From an uncultured Eubacteriales bacterium (GTDB lineage: Bacteria; Bacillota; Clostridia; Oscillospirales; CAG-272), in contig CASGAQ010000001.1 in the NCBI GenBank assembly GCA_949299535.1, forward strand, positions 3,886-67,885: a stretch of 64,000 nucleotides of DNA. The letters run 5' to 3'. The notes under the pieces were generated by a model that made no database searches, was not told where the DNA came from, and was given only the letters and a program-made list of their open reading frames with translations. Made by a program: the position numbers and the translations under genes. Positions 9,423 to 18,612 of the stretch are shown here, piece by piece. Within the stretch, counting starts at the first letter, position 1, and every line of letters begins with the position of its first letter.

Positions 9423-10181
9423 ATGAATAAGAAGAAGATATCCGCATACCTGTTGATAACTTTTGCCATAACATACACGGCTTGGTGGGGACTGGCACTG
9501 CTTACGAAATTCAATATAGTCGCTTCGTCGCAAGCGATATTCACATTGATACACGTTATCGGAGGTTTCGGCCCGACGATAGCGGCGATAATCGTACTTC
9601 CCGACAAATCGCCGAGAGCCGTAATGAGATTTATTTTTTCATGCAAAAAAAACAGCTTTATTTATCTGCTCCTGTTCTGCGCGATACAAGCATTGATACT
9701 CGGAATTTCCTCTATGGAGACGAATCCCACGATACCGTGGTTTGCGACTCCGATAGTTCTGCTCTCCGCAACTTTTCTCGCAGGAGGCAACGAGGAACTC
9801 GGCTGGCGCGGTATACTTCAGCCGGAGCTTGAAAAAGCGCTTACTTTCCCAGCGGCGACGCTCATCACGGGTTGTATATGGATGTGCTGGCATATTCCGC
9901 TTTGGTTTGTAGAAGGCACATCTCAGCAGAACATGAATTTCGGTCTTTATTTCATATACGGCATTATTTTGAGTTTTTGGCTTGCCGTGCTGCACAAGAA
10001 AACGAACAGCGTATTCTTCTGCGCTGTTTTCCATGGATTTACAAATCTTTTGATGTCGCTTTTTTTGATAAAAGTAAATCTTATCTTGGCAGTCGGACTC
10101 GCCGTTTCACTTTTGTTATCCGTTTGGCTTTATTACTCTGAAACGAGCAAAGAAAACAATCAAAAGAAAAAATCTTCGTAA
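9423..10181 (+). CDS. CPBP family intramembrane glutamic endopeptidase (CAAX protease / Abi family)
   Basis: 252 aa polytopic protein. Motifs GGNEELGWRGILQPELE, CWHIPLW and VFHGFTNL. Strong RBS AAGGAGG. Confidence 0.85.
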   Translation: MNKKKISAYLLITFAITYTAWWGLALLTKFNIVASSQAIFTLIHVIGGFGPTIAAIIVLPDKSPRAVMRFIFSCKKNSFIYLLLFCAIQALILGISSMETNPTIPWFATPIVLLSATFLAGGNEELGWRGILQPELEKALTFPAATLITGCIWMCWHIPLWFVEGTSQQNMNFGLYFIYGIILSFWLAVLHKKTNSVFFCAVFHGFTNLLMSLFLIKVNLILAVGLAVSLLLSVWLYYSETSKENNQKKKSS

Positions 10182-10388
10182 AAACGGAGATTTTTTCTTT
10201 TGATTACTGACTGCTGATATTTCGGCAAAAAAAATCGGCATTTATTTTTCAAAAAATATCACTTTATATTGTTTTTCCCGAGATTTCCTCAGATATAAAG
10301 TCAAAGTTTGGAAAACACCCTATTTGCGACAGCGCGATTCACGCGACAATTCGTTTTTTCCGTGATATCATATATCGGAGGTGATATC

Positions 10389-11264
10389 ATGGAGGAAAAG
10401 GAGTTTTTTTCAACGGCAGAACTGCCAAAAGCCGTCACAAAAGAAACCGCCGCAGTCTTCGGCGGGAAAGCAACAGCCGTAGTAAAATTCATCAATGTCG
10501 CAGACATAATGCCTGATCCGGAAAGCACGCCAAAAATATATCCTATGGAAGAGCTTGCGCGGTTTGCGCTCGACATTCTGGAGAACGGATTAAAAAATCC
10601 GATAGCGCTCGTTTCATCATCATACAAAAGCAAGGAAATATACCGCATACTGTCCGGAGAAAAGCGGTTTCGCGCCTGTCTGCTCGCTCGGATAGAAAGA
10701 GTTCCCTGCACCATCATCTATCCTTGCGGCTCTGATGCTGAGAGAAAAGAGCTGATGATGCCGCCGCGCGATTATTTTGAGGAGGCACGCATTTACGCAG
10801 AAGCAATAAACCGCGGCTTATACACGGAGGAGGATATTGCGGAAAAATCAGGAACAGACGTAAAAGAAGTTCGCTCGCTCCTGTCACTGCTCATCTTTAC
10901 GGGAGATGAGCAAAAGGTACTTCTGGACTCAGGCGTGCCTTGCGCCACAGCGAAAAAGCTTGCCGCCATGGATCAGCACACGCGACGCGGATTTTTGGAG
11001 ACGATAATTCACGGCACAAACATCGCCGCCGTATGCGCGAAGATAGGAGAGGCTTCCTCAGGCGAAAGCCATACCAACACTCAGCACAGAAAATTTGCGA
11101 TACGCAACACAGGCTTTTTCTTCAATTCCATCAATCACGCCGTCGAAACCATGCGCGAGGGCGGCGTAAACATTGATTTTCACACAAAGGAGACAGACAT
11201 AAGCACGATAATGACGCTGACGGTGCCGAAAAAAGATGATGTTCCACATGGAACATCAAAATAA
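10389..11264 (+). CDS. ParB/Noc-like N-terminal domain protein (divergent ParB paralog in the noc position)
   Basis: Start chosen at the ATG after GGAGGTGATATC; the track ORF starts at 10308. ParB-box-like YRILSGEKRFRACLLARIERVPCTII. It sits between rsmG and soj, as noc does in Bacillus. The sequence is too divergent to assign Noc function. Confidence 0.65.
   Translation: MEEKEFFSTAELPKAVTKETAAVFGGKATAVVKFINVADIMPDPESTPKIYPMEELARFALDILENGLKNPIALVSSSYKSKEIYRILSGEKRFRACLLARIERVPCTIIYPCGSDAERKELMMPPRDYFEEARIYAEAINRGLYTEEDIAEKSGTDVKEVRSLLSLLIFTGDEQKVLLDSGVPCATAKKLAAMDQHTRRGFLETIIHGTNIAAVCAKIGEASSGESHTNTQHRKFAIRNTGFFFNSINHAVETMREGGVNIDFHTKETDISTIMTLTVPKKDDVPHGTSK
11240..11255. promoter_or_regulatory. 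parS: parS-like site (one mismatch from the palindrome), inside the 3' end of the ParB-like CDS
   Basis: TGTTCCACATGGAACA, compared with the Firmicutes parS consensus TGTTNCACGTGAAACA. Confidence 0.7.
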
Positions 11265-11277
11265 CATCAGAGGGGAA

Positions 11278-11293
11278 TGTTCCACGTGGAACA
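11278..11293. promoter_or_regulatory. parS: parS centromere site (perfect 16-bp palindrome)
   Basis: TGTTCCACGTGGAACA. Confidence 0.85.
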
Positions 11294-11320
11294 TTCCCGT
11301 TTTTCTTATTCACAGGTAAA

Positions 11321-11336
11321 TGTTCCACGTGGAACA
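11321..11336. promoter_or_regulatory. parS: parS centromere site (perfect 16-bp palindrome)
   Basis: TGTTCCACGTGGAACA, 43 bp from the previous copy and about 110 bp upstream of soj. Confidence 0.85.
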
Positions 11337-11447
11337 TTTACAATAAAAATCAGGCGCAATTTTATCATATCGATTGACTTTGATAGCACAAAATGCTATA
11401 ATTAAATTAATAAATTAAAACAAATGACATGAAAAAGGAGGCGCAAC

Positions 11448-12209
11448 TTGGCAAAAGTTATCGCTTTCACAAACCAAAAAGGCGGCGTCGGAAAAACGAC
11501 GTCGGCAATAAATATTGCCTCCGCGCTCGGTATCATAGGTAAAAAAGTCCTTCTCATTGATTCCGATCCGCAGGGCAATGCGTCCAGCGGCGTGGGTGTG
11601 CGAAAAGCTCATCTCTCCGCTTCAACTTATGATGTTTTGATAGGCAGAGCCTCCGCGTCTGCCGTCATTCAGCAGACTGAATTTGAAAATCTCGACGTTA
11701 TGCCCGCTACAATGTCTTTGGCTGGTGCGGAATTTGAACTCGCTGACGTCGAAAAACGAGAATCCCGCCTTAAAACGGCGATCGAAGAAATCGCTGATAA
11801 CTACGATTTTATCATAATCGACTGCCCGCCGTCTCTCGGAATGCTCACTGTAAATGCTCTTGTGGCTTCCGACGGCGTTATTCTGCCTATGCAGTGCGAG
11901 TATTTCTCGCTTGAAGGACTTTCTCAGATGATGATGACTATAAAACAGGTGAAAAAACTCTATAATCCTAAGCTGACGCTCACAGGTATTCTCATAACAA
12001 TGTATAACGGCAGGCTGAACCTCACACTTCAGGTAGTGGACGAACTTAAAAAATACTACGGCAATAAGCTGTTCAAAACCACTATAACAAGAAATGTGCG
12101 TCTTTCCGAAGCTCCCAGTTACGGAAAGCCTATCCAATATTATGACAAATACGCCAAGGGAGCAGACGCTTACGATAATGTGGCAAAAGAGATTTTGGAA
12201 CGTATTTGA
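11448..12209 (+). CDS. soj: Chromosome partitioning ATPase ParA/Soj
   Basis: 253 aa with a TTG start after GGAGG. Deviant Walker A NQKGGVGKTT. Confidence 0.95.
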   Translation: MAKVIAFTNQKGGVGKTTSAINIASALGIIGKKVLLIDSDPQGNASSGVGVRKAHLSASTYDVLIGRASASAVIQQTEFENLDVMPATMSLAGAEFELADVEKRESRLKTAIEEIADNYDFIIIDCPPSLGMLTVNALVASDGVILPMQCEYFSLEGLSQMMMTIKQVKKLYNPKLTLTGILITMYNGRLNLTLQVVDELKKYYGNKLFKTTITRNVRLSEAPSYGKPIQYYDKYAKGADAYDNVAKEILERI

Positions 12210-12238
12210 ACCTCTTTATAAAGAAGAAAGGAGCAGAA

Positions 12239-13117
12239 ATGGCATCAAAACCGAAAAAACAGGCTCTCGGCAGAGGACTTGACGCTATACTCATCGACAA
12301 CGAGGAACAAAAAGAACAAAACGGCGTATCCGTGGTGCGTATCTCGGAAGTTGAGCCGAATCCCGATCAGCCCAGAAAAAATTTTGAAAACGAGCCTCTG
12401 GAAGCTCTTGCGGAATCAATTTCTCAGCACGGTATAATCCAGCCGATACTCGTACGTCCCAAAAACGGAATGTATATGATAATCACAGGCGAGCGCCGCT
12501 GGAGAGCCGCAAGAATGGCGGGACTTTCAGAAGTTCCCGTTATAATAACCGAGGCAGACGATAAAAAAGCCGCCGAACTGGCGCTCGTGGAAAATATACA
12601 GCGCAAAGACCTCAACCCCGTCGAAGAGGCGCGCGCTTATGCCGACCTTATCAATGAGTATTCATATACTCAGGAGGAAATAGCTAAAAAAGTAGGCCGT
12701 TCCCGTTCTTCGATAACAAACTCTCTGCGCCTTTTGGAGCTTCCCGAAACAGTGCTTCAACATCTCGCCGCAGGCTCCATATCTGAAGGTCACGCAAAGG
12801 TTCTTTTGAGTATAAAAGATCAGGAAAAGCTGGAAAAAGCCGCGGAAACAGTTATCTCCCGCGATCTTTCTGTGCGTGAAACGGAAAAACTGGCAAAAGA
12901 GCTCAACAACGAAAAGGAAAAAGATGTTGTCCGCGTCGTTTATGATGTAGACCATACAAAAGCGCTCGAACAAAGAGTGCAGTCTATAATAGGTCACACG
13001 GTAAAAATAGTTCAAAACGGCAAAAGAAGCAGTATAAACATCGGTTTTTCCGACAATGATGACCTTGAAAAAATACTTTCCCTGCTCTGCGGAGAACAGT
13101 TTATCAACGAACTTTAA
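12239..13117 (+). CDS. spo0J: Chromosome partitioning protein ParB/Spo0J
   Basis: Start taken at the ATG at 12239 after AAAGGAG; the track ORF starts at 12206. Contains ITGERRWRAARMAGL (ParB box II) and an HTH region. Confidence 0.93.
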   Translation: MASKPKKQALGRGLDAILIDNEEQKEQNGVSVVRISEVEPNPDQPRKNFENEPLEALAESISQHGIIQPILVRPKNGMYMIITGERRWRAARMAGLSEVPVIITEADDKKAAELALVENIQRKDLNPVEEARAYADLINEYSYTQEEIAKKVGRSRSSITNSLRLLELPETVLQHLAAGSISEGHAKVLLSIKDQEKLEKAAETVISRDLSVRETEKLAKELNNEKEKDVVRVVYDVDHTKALEQRVQSIIGHTVKIVQNGKRSSINIGFSDNDDLEKILSLLCGEQFINEL

Positions 13118-13146
13118 TTTTTTAATCCCGAAAGGACGAACAACTC

Positions 13147-14433
13147 ATGATAGATATTAAACTTATAAAAGAAAATCCTGATGAGATAATCAGACGATTC
13201 AAAGTAAAGGGCAAAGACGCCGCCGCTGATATCGCCCGCATACTTGAGCTTGACGGCAAGCGCCGCGCTTTCATCGCAGAGACAGAAGCTCTCAAAGCTG
13301 AACAGAATAAGGAAAATAAGCTCATTCCTCAGTATAAAAAAGAAGGGCGCGACGTTGCCGAAATATTCGCAAAGCTCAAAGAGATAGGCAACAAATCCAA
13401 ACAGATAGACGCTCAGCTCAAAGAAGTTGAAACGGAATACAACAATATCATGTATTCCCTGCCCAACCTTCCCGATCCCGACCTAAAATCAGGCGGAAAA
13501 GAGAATAACGAGCCTCTGCGTTACTTCGGCGAGCCGAAAAAATTTGACTTTGAACCGAAAAATCACGTCGACCTCTGCACAAATCTCGGTCTTATCGACT
13601 ATGAACGCGGCACAAAACTCTCCGGAAACGGTTTCTGGATATACCGCGGCATGGGCGCAAGACTTGAGTGGGCACTTCTCAACTACTTTATAGAAACTCA
13701 CCTTTCAAACGGTTTTGAGCTTGTCCTCGTTCCTCATATGCTTGGCTATGAGTGCGGCTTCACCGCAGGTCAGTTCCCCAAATTTGCAGACGAGGTATAT
13801 TGGCTCGAAAAATCAGATGATGAGGAAAGACGCCGCTTTATGCTTCCCACAGCGGAAACAGCGCTTGTTTCTCTTCACAGAAATGAAATACTCGCCGAAG
13901 CAGATCTTCCCAAAAAATATATCTCCTATACTCCCTGCTTCCGCAGAGAAGCCGGCAGCTACCGCGCAGACGAGCGCGGAATGGTACGCGGACATCAGTT
14001 CAACAAGGTCGAAATGGTACAATACACCACTAAAGAAGGAAGCGACGCCGCTTTCGAAGAGCTTGTTACCTGCGCCGAAAACCTTGTAAAAGGACTCGGA
14101 TTCCATTTCCGCACAGTAAAACTCGCCGCAGAAGACTGCTCCGCGTCTATGGCGCGCACATATGATATCGAGATACAGATACCCTCCATGCACGGCTACA
14201 AAGAGGTAAGTTCCGTCTCCAACGCGCGCGATTATCAGGCTCGCCGCGGCATGATGCGCTACAAAACGGCTGACGGAAAGATAGAATACTGCCATACTCT
14301 CAACGGCAGCGGACTTGCAACAAGCCGTATCCTCCCTGCCCTCGTAGAGCAGAACCAGAACGCAGACGGCTCGGTAAACGTGCCCGACGTTCTCCGCAAA
14401 TACATCGGCTGCGATGTTATCAAGTCTAAATAA
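13147..14433 (+). CDS. serS: Serine--tRNA ligase
   Basis: 428 aa. N-terminal coiled-coil MIDIKLIKENPDEI, with class II motifs FRREAGSYRADERGMVRGHQFNKVE and TLNGSGLATSR. Confidence 0.96.
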   Translation: MIDIKLIKENPDEIIRRFKVKGKDAAADIARILELDGKRRAFIAETEALKAEQNKENKLIPQYKKEGRDVAEIFAKLKEIGNKSKQIDAQLKEVETEYNNIMYSLPNLPDPDLKSGGKENNEPLRYFGEPKKFDFEPKNHVDLCTNLGLIDYERGTKLSGNGFWIYRGMGARLEWALLNYFIETHLSNGFELVLVPHMLGYECGFTAGQFPKFADEVYWLEKSDDEERRRFMLPTAETALVSLHRNEILAEADLPKKYISYTPCFRREAGSYRADERGMVRGHQFNKVEMVQYTTKEGSDAAFEELVTCAENLVKGLGFHFRTVKLAAEDCSASMARTYDIEIQIPSMHGYKEVSSVSNARDYQARRGMMRYKTADGKIEYCHTLNGSGLATSRILPALVEQNQNADGSVNVPDVLRKYIGCDVIKSK

Positions 14434-14459
14434 ATCGATAAAAAAGAGGAGAAAAATCA

Positions 14460-14951
14460 ATGTCCAAATTGCTTGAAATGTTTGACGTTATAAAAAGCGA
14501 TCCCGACGTCATAAACATAATGCTCGTCATCTGGTCAATCGTCCTCGGAATAATAATCGCACTTTTCGCATCTTTCTATAACAGAAGAATAGTAGGCAGC
14601 TTCTTCCGCGCGCTTATCTCGGCGGGCGCGGATAGCGAAGAAACGGCAAAAACGCTCGATGAAATATCTCAGACCGAAAACGACGCCGTGATTAAAAAGC
14701 TCAGAAAATCCCGTTACCGTGATATAGTAAATATCGTCAACGCAGACGAAGAAAGCTCTGCGGCGGAAAACAAAAAAGTTCTCATTGACAATAACACGCG
14801 ATTCTATATCGATGAAAGCAAGATCACCCGCGTAAGAGATCAATGGGGCGAAAACGATGAAAGCATATGGGTTCTTATCGGCGGTATCGTCGGCATGATA
14901 ATTCTCGGTATACTTGTAACTCTCGTTCTAGCAAATTCCATCATTTCTTAA
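14460..14951 (+). CDS. Hypothetical membrane protein (2 predicted TM helices)
   Basis: 163 aa, with hydrophobic segments near both ends. No family recognised. Confidence 0.5.
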   Translation: MSKLLEMFDVIKSDPDVINIMLVIWSIVLGIIIALFASFYNRRIVGSFFRALISAGADSEETAKTLDEISQTENDAVIKKLRKSRYRDIVNIVNADEESSAAENKKVLIDNNTRFYIDESKITRVRDQWGENDESIWVLIGGIVGMIILGILVTLVLANSIIS

Positions 14952-15004
14952 AGCCGATATCATCAGAAAAACCTTTTAAATCAAAAAATAATAAGGAGAA
15001 AAAC

Positions 15005-15946
15005 ATGAGTAAAAATATTCTCGTTGTAGGCAGTATCAATGTTGACTATGTAATCAATACAGACCGCCTTCCCAAGCTCGGCGAAACTATTACAGGAAGC
15101 AATTTTGCAATGAATTTCGGCGGCAAAGGCGCAAATCAGGCTGCCGCTCTCGCAAAAGCAGGCTGCACGGTAAAAATGCTCGGCGCGGTAGGCACGGATA
15201 TGAGCGGCGAGCTTGCCGTTAAGAACCTTGAATCTTACGGTATAGACACAACAAGCGTTCTTCGCTCCGAGGGCGCGACAGGCGCGGCAGTTATCACCGT
15301 ATGCGGCGGCGACAACCACATAATCCTCGACGTAGGCGCGAACGGCACGATAACTCCCGAAGTTATCGCGGCAAACGAAATCCTTTTCGACTGGGCGGAT
15401 ATACTCGTAATGCAGTATGAGATACCTACTGAATCAGTTCTCGCGGCGGCAAAACTCGCTCACGAGAAAGGAAAGATGGTAATACTCAACCCCGCGCCCG
15501 TTAAAGAAGTAACAAAAGAACTTTATCAGTACATCGACCTCATTATACCCAACGAGTTCGAAGCTCAGCTCATCACGGGCATTTCTCCCGATGACAACGC
15601 TTCCGCAAAGGAAGTTATAGATGCTCTTTGCGCTCTCGGCTGCAAAAACGCTCTCGTAACTCTCGGTATCAAGGGTTGTGCTTATATAGTTGACGGTCAG
15701 GTACATTACACAGGCGTTTATAAAGTAAACGCTGTCGACTCCACAGCGGCAGGCGACAGTTTTATCGGCGGTCTTTGCGCTAAAATATGCGAAGGTCTCC
15801 CCATGGACGACGCCGTTGAATACGCGAGCGCTACTTCCGCTATCGCGGTAAGCCGCCACGGTGCAGCAGTTTCCATTCCGATAGCCGACGAAGTAAAAGA
15901 ATTTATGAAGAACAACAAAATATCCAAAAAGGCTTCCCTTTCCTAA
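15005..15946 (+). CDS. rbsK: Ribokinase (PfkB family)
   Basis: Start at the internal ATG at 15005 after AAGGAGAAAAAC. Contains ILVVGSINVDYV, GGKGANQA and DSTAAGDSFIGG. Confidence 0.85.
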   Translation: MSKNILVVGSINVDYVINTDRLPKLGETITGSNFAMNFGGKGANQAAALAKAGCTVKMLGAVGTDMSGELAVKNLESYGIDTTSVLRSEGATGAAVITVCGGDNHIILDVGANGTITPEVIAANEILFDWADILVMQYEIPTESVLAAAKLAHEKGKMVILNPAPVKEVTKELYQYIDLIIPNEFEAQLITGISPDDNASAKEVIDALCALGCKNALVTLGIKGCAYIVDGQVHYTGVYKVNAVDSTAAGDSFIGGLCAKICEGLPMDDAVEYASATSAIAVSRHGAAVSIPIADEVKEFMKNNKISKKASLS

Positions 15947-15971
15947 AGCCGCTGAAGATATGAGCAAAAAA

Positions 15972-16005
15972 ATACAGCTCCGACAAAAATGTGTCGGAGC
16001 TGTAT
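15972..16005. terminator. Bidirectional intrinsic terminator between convergent rbsK and the lipoprotein gene
   Basis: ATACAGCTCCGAC-aaaaatgt-GTCGGAGCTGTAT, flanked by an A-run and a T-run. Confidence 0.75.
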
Positions 16006-16068
16006 TTTTATATTCGTTTTTGATAAAGATATCAAAGTTTTCCTCACGAATGTGGAAAACTTGTTGAC

Positions 16069-17268
16069 TTACTCTCCGTAAACCGCTTTGGAATACAAAT
16101 CGCTTGTATATCTTGTTATTGCGTCCTCTTTTTCGGATTCGTACAATTCTTCTATAATATCTTCTTTTATCTCATTAAAATCCATAAATCCGGATTTATC
16201 AACTATCTTGTTGAATGTAACTACGCAGTAGCACTGCAAGCCTTCGTGCCAGAGAGGTTCGGCGTAAGTCTTGCCGTCCTCCCAAGCAGTGGATATTATA
16301 TAATGATACTGAGCAATATATACCTTTGCGGAATAGTTGTAGTAGATACTCATAGCCTTGTCATAAGCCTCAGAGCCTTCTGTAAGGCCGTTTGCCTGTG
16401 CGTAAGCCTCGAACCCGTCGGGGAACATTTCGTTGAAAGAAACCTCATTTTCAGCCTTAAAATCGGAGTCTATCTGAGCGAGAGCGGCGTCAAGGTCTTC
16501 TATCTTCTCAAATTTTTCGATATATAACTTTTCTTCGCCCGTCATGAACTGAGAAAATGTCATTCCGTTTTCGGCATTGTATTTTATCAGCGCGGTGTTT
16601 TTAACATCTTCCCAAGATTTTCCGTTTTGAAGCATTTCAATATAATTTTCAGCGTCTTTCAGTACCTCGTCTTTTTTAACGGTATCCGTCGCCTGAAGGA
16701 CTATCGTGCTTACCGAATAGTGGGGTTCTACTACATAGTTGAAAGAATTTTCAAGATAATAAGCATAAGCTTCGTCTTCCGTCGGAACGGAAACGTTCAT
16801 TATCTTTTCAGCCGCAACATCGAGCATGGCGTCGTATTTATTGAACATATCGAAAGCGCCGTCGGAAAGGTTCCACGCCTTGATAAAAGCGGAATATCCG
16901 CCGCTGTAATTTTCGTCGAAGTATTCCACGTCTTCCAAAGTCGCTTTTTTTACCGCGTCATCATCGACGGTATATCCGAGCTCTTTGAACTGTACATTCA
17001 TCTCGCGCCACACGATGGTCGACCTTGCGGAATCGGATACAACGGAATTATAATCGTCGCCGGAAAGAGTGGTGTTGCCGGTAGATATGAGATACTCGTA
17101 TGACTTGATCATAAAAAAGTCGGAAAAATCAGTATCGTTTTCATAAACATACTCATCTCCGTTGTAAACAGCCATTATCTGCCCTTTATCTTCGCCGCAG
17201 GAAACGAGCGTTGCCGCAAGCATAAGGAGGACGAGCATAACAGAAAGAATTTTTTTTGTAGTTTTCAT
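16069..17268 (-). CDS. Hypothetical lipoprotein
   Basis: 399 aa with signal and lipobox MKTTKKILSVMLVLLMLAATLVSCGEDKG. No catalytic family recognised. Confidence 0.6.
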   Translation of the reverse strand: MKTTKKILSVMLVLLMLAATLVSCGEDKGQIMAVYNGDEYVYENDTDFSDFFMIKSYEYLISTGNTTLSGDDYNSVVSDSARSTIVWREMNVQFKELGYTVDDDAVKKATLEDVEYFDENYSGGYSAFIKAWNLSDGAFDMFNKYDAMLDVAAEKIMNVSVPTEDEAYAYYLENSFNYVVEPHYSVSTIVLQATDTVKKDEVLKDAENYIEMLQNGKSWEDVKNTALIKYNAENGMTFSQFMTGEEKLYIEKFEKIEDLDAALAQIDSDFKAENEVSFNEMFPDGFEAYAQANGLTEGSEAYDKAMSIYYNYSAKVYIAQYHYIISTAWEDGKTYAEPLWHEGLQCYCVVTFNKIVDKSGFMDFNEIKEDIIEELYESEKEDAITRYTSDLYSKAVYGE

Positions 17269-17357
17269 TTTTTTCTCCGTTTTTTCAAAGTAAAAAGTAT
17301 ATTACGCGCAAAAGCGCCGTTGGAGGAAAGTAAGAGTTTTTGATTTGATTCAATAAA

Positions 17358-17380
17358 GAAGCCGTCGGAAAGACGGCTTC
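17358..17380 (-). terminator. Intrinsic terminator
   Basis: GAAGCCGTC-ggaaa-GACGGCTTC with a T-rich flank. It lies downstream of the zinc-ribbon gene on the minus strand. Confidence 0.6.
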
Positions 17381-17405
17381 TTTAAAATGTCATGTTTTTT
17401 AAAGT

Positions 17406-17834
17406 TCAGTTTTCACAGCCGCCGCAGGATTCGCAGTCAGAACCGCAGGAGCAACTAAATTCCGCGCCGCAGGCGGGACATTTGATATTGTCAAAATCCA
17501 TCGTTTCGTCAACGAAAACTTCTTCTCCGCAGGCGGGACACTCTACGGAAGCACACTCGATGTCATCGTCGTAGTCATCGTCGTCGTAGTCATCGTCGTC
17601 ATCGTCATCATCGTCGCAGTAGAGATCTTCTTCCACCATTCCCAGATCCTCATCGAGTTCCTCTACATAACGGTTGAGGTCTTCAACTTTTTCTTCAAGA
17701 TCTTCCACGGATTTTGCCATATCATCGAGAATATCCGTCACAGAGGAAAGAATTTTCCCGATATCGCTGTTTTCATCAAATTTCAAGCCATCCATAAAGC
17801 CTTTAAGATAAGCAACTTTTTCGGTGACAGTCAT
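17406..17834 (-). CDS. Acidic zinc-ribbon protein with a poly-Asp tract (Clostridial family often found next to efp)
   Basis: 142 aa. The N-terminus MTVTEKVAYLKGFMDGL is followed by a coiled-coil acidic region. Then come DDDDDDDDDYDDDDYDDD, two CPACG zinc knuckles and a Cys-rich tail CSCGSDCESCGGCEN. Confidence 0.6.
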   Translation of the reverse strand: MTVTEKVAYLKGFMDGLKFDENSDIGKILSSVTDILDDMAKSVEDLEEKVEDLNRYVEELDEDLGMVEEDLYCDDDDDDDDDYDDDDYDDDIECASVECPACGEEVFVDETMDFDNIKCPACGAEFSCSCGSDCESCGGCEN

Positions 17835-17872
17835 TTTTAAAAACTTCCTTTCGATTCAATATTCAGGCGTAT

Positions 17873-18430
17873 TTACGCACGTTCGATATATTCGCCCGTT
17901 CTTGTGTCGATACGGATTTTCGTGCCGACATTGATAAAGAGAGGAACCTTTATTTCAGCGCCTGTTTCAAGCGTTGCGGGTTTGAGAGTATTTGTAGCAG
18001 TATTTCCTGCAAGTCCGGGTTCTGTTTCCGTAACCTCAAGTTCAACGAACATCGGCGGTTCAACCGAGAAAACGTTGCCTTTATAGGAGAGTATCTTGCA
18101 CATCATCTCTTCTTTTACAAATTCAAAAGATTCGGGAAGAATGTTTTTGGAAATGGGCATCTGTTCGTATGTTTCCATATCCATAAAGTAGTAAAGGTCG
18201 CCGTCGGAATAGAGATACTGCATCTCTTTTCTTTCGATTATAGCGGGGGGGAATTTATCGGTGGGGTTGAAAGTTTTTTCCACAACACCGCCGGAAATAA
18301 CATTTTTAAGCTTTGTACGAACGAAAGCCGCGCCTTTACCGGGTTTAACATGCTGGAATTCAATGACCTGCATTACGTTTCCTTCGTATTCAAATGTGAT
18401 TCCGTTTTTGAAATCGCCTGCAATTACCAT
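17873..18430 (-). CDS. efp: Elongation factor P
   Basis: 185 aa. Contains [19 protein letters not shown] with the conserved modified Lys region. Confidence 0.96.
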   Translation of the reverse strand: MVIAGDFKNGITFEYEGNVMQVIEFQHVKPGKGAAFVRTKLKNVISGGVVEKTFNPTDKFPPAIIERKEMQYLYSDGDLYYFMDMETYEQMPISKNILPESFEFVKEEMMCKILSYKGNVFSVEPPMFVELEVTETEPGLAGNTATNTLKPATLETGAEIKVPLFINVGTKIRIDTRTGEYIERA

Positions 18431-18612
18431 AATTATTTACCTCCGTAAGCCGAAAAGAAATCGTTTTTCGGCAGATATTTATATTCGTATCTTATTTTAC
18501 ATGAAAAACGCTCAAATATCAATAGTTTTTTATAAAAAAGCTCTCTTTCTTTAAATAATGACGCAGAAATAACGCAGAAAAAAAGTTTTCGGTACGGAAA
18601 AAGAAAACTTAT

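Noticed and set aside
13118-13146. T-box leader upstream of serS
   Set aside because: Only 29 nt separate the spo0J stop from the serS start, which leaves no room for a T-box. serS is probably co-transcribed or uses an internal promoter.
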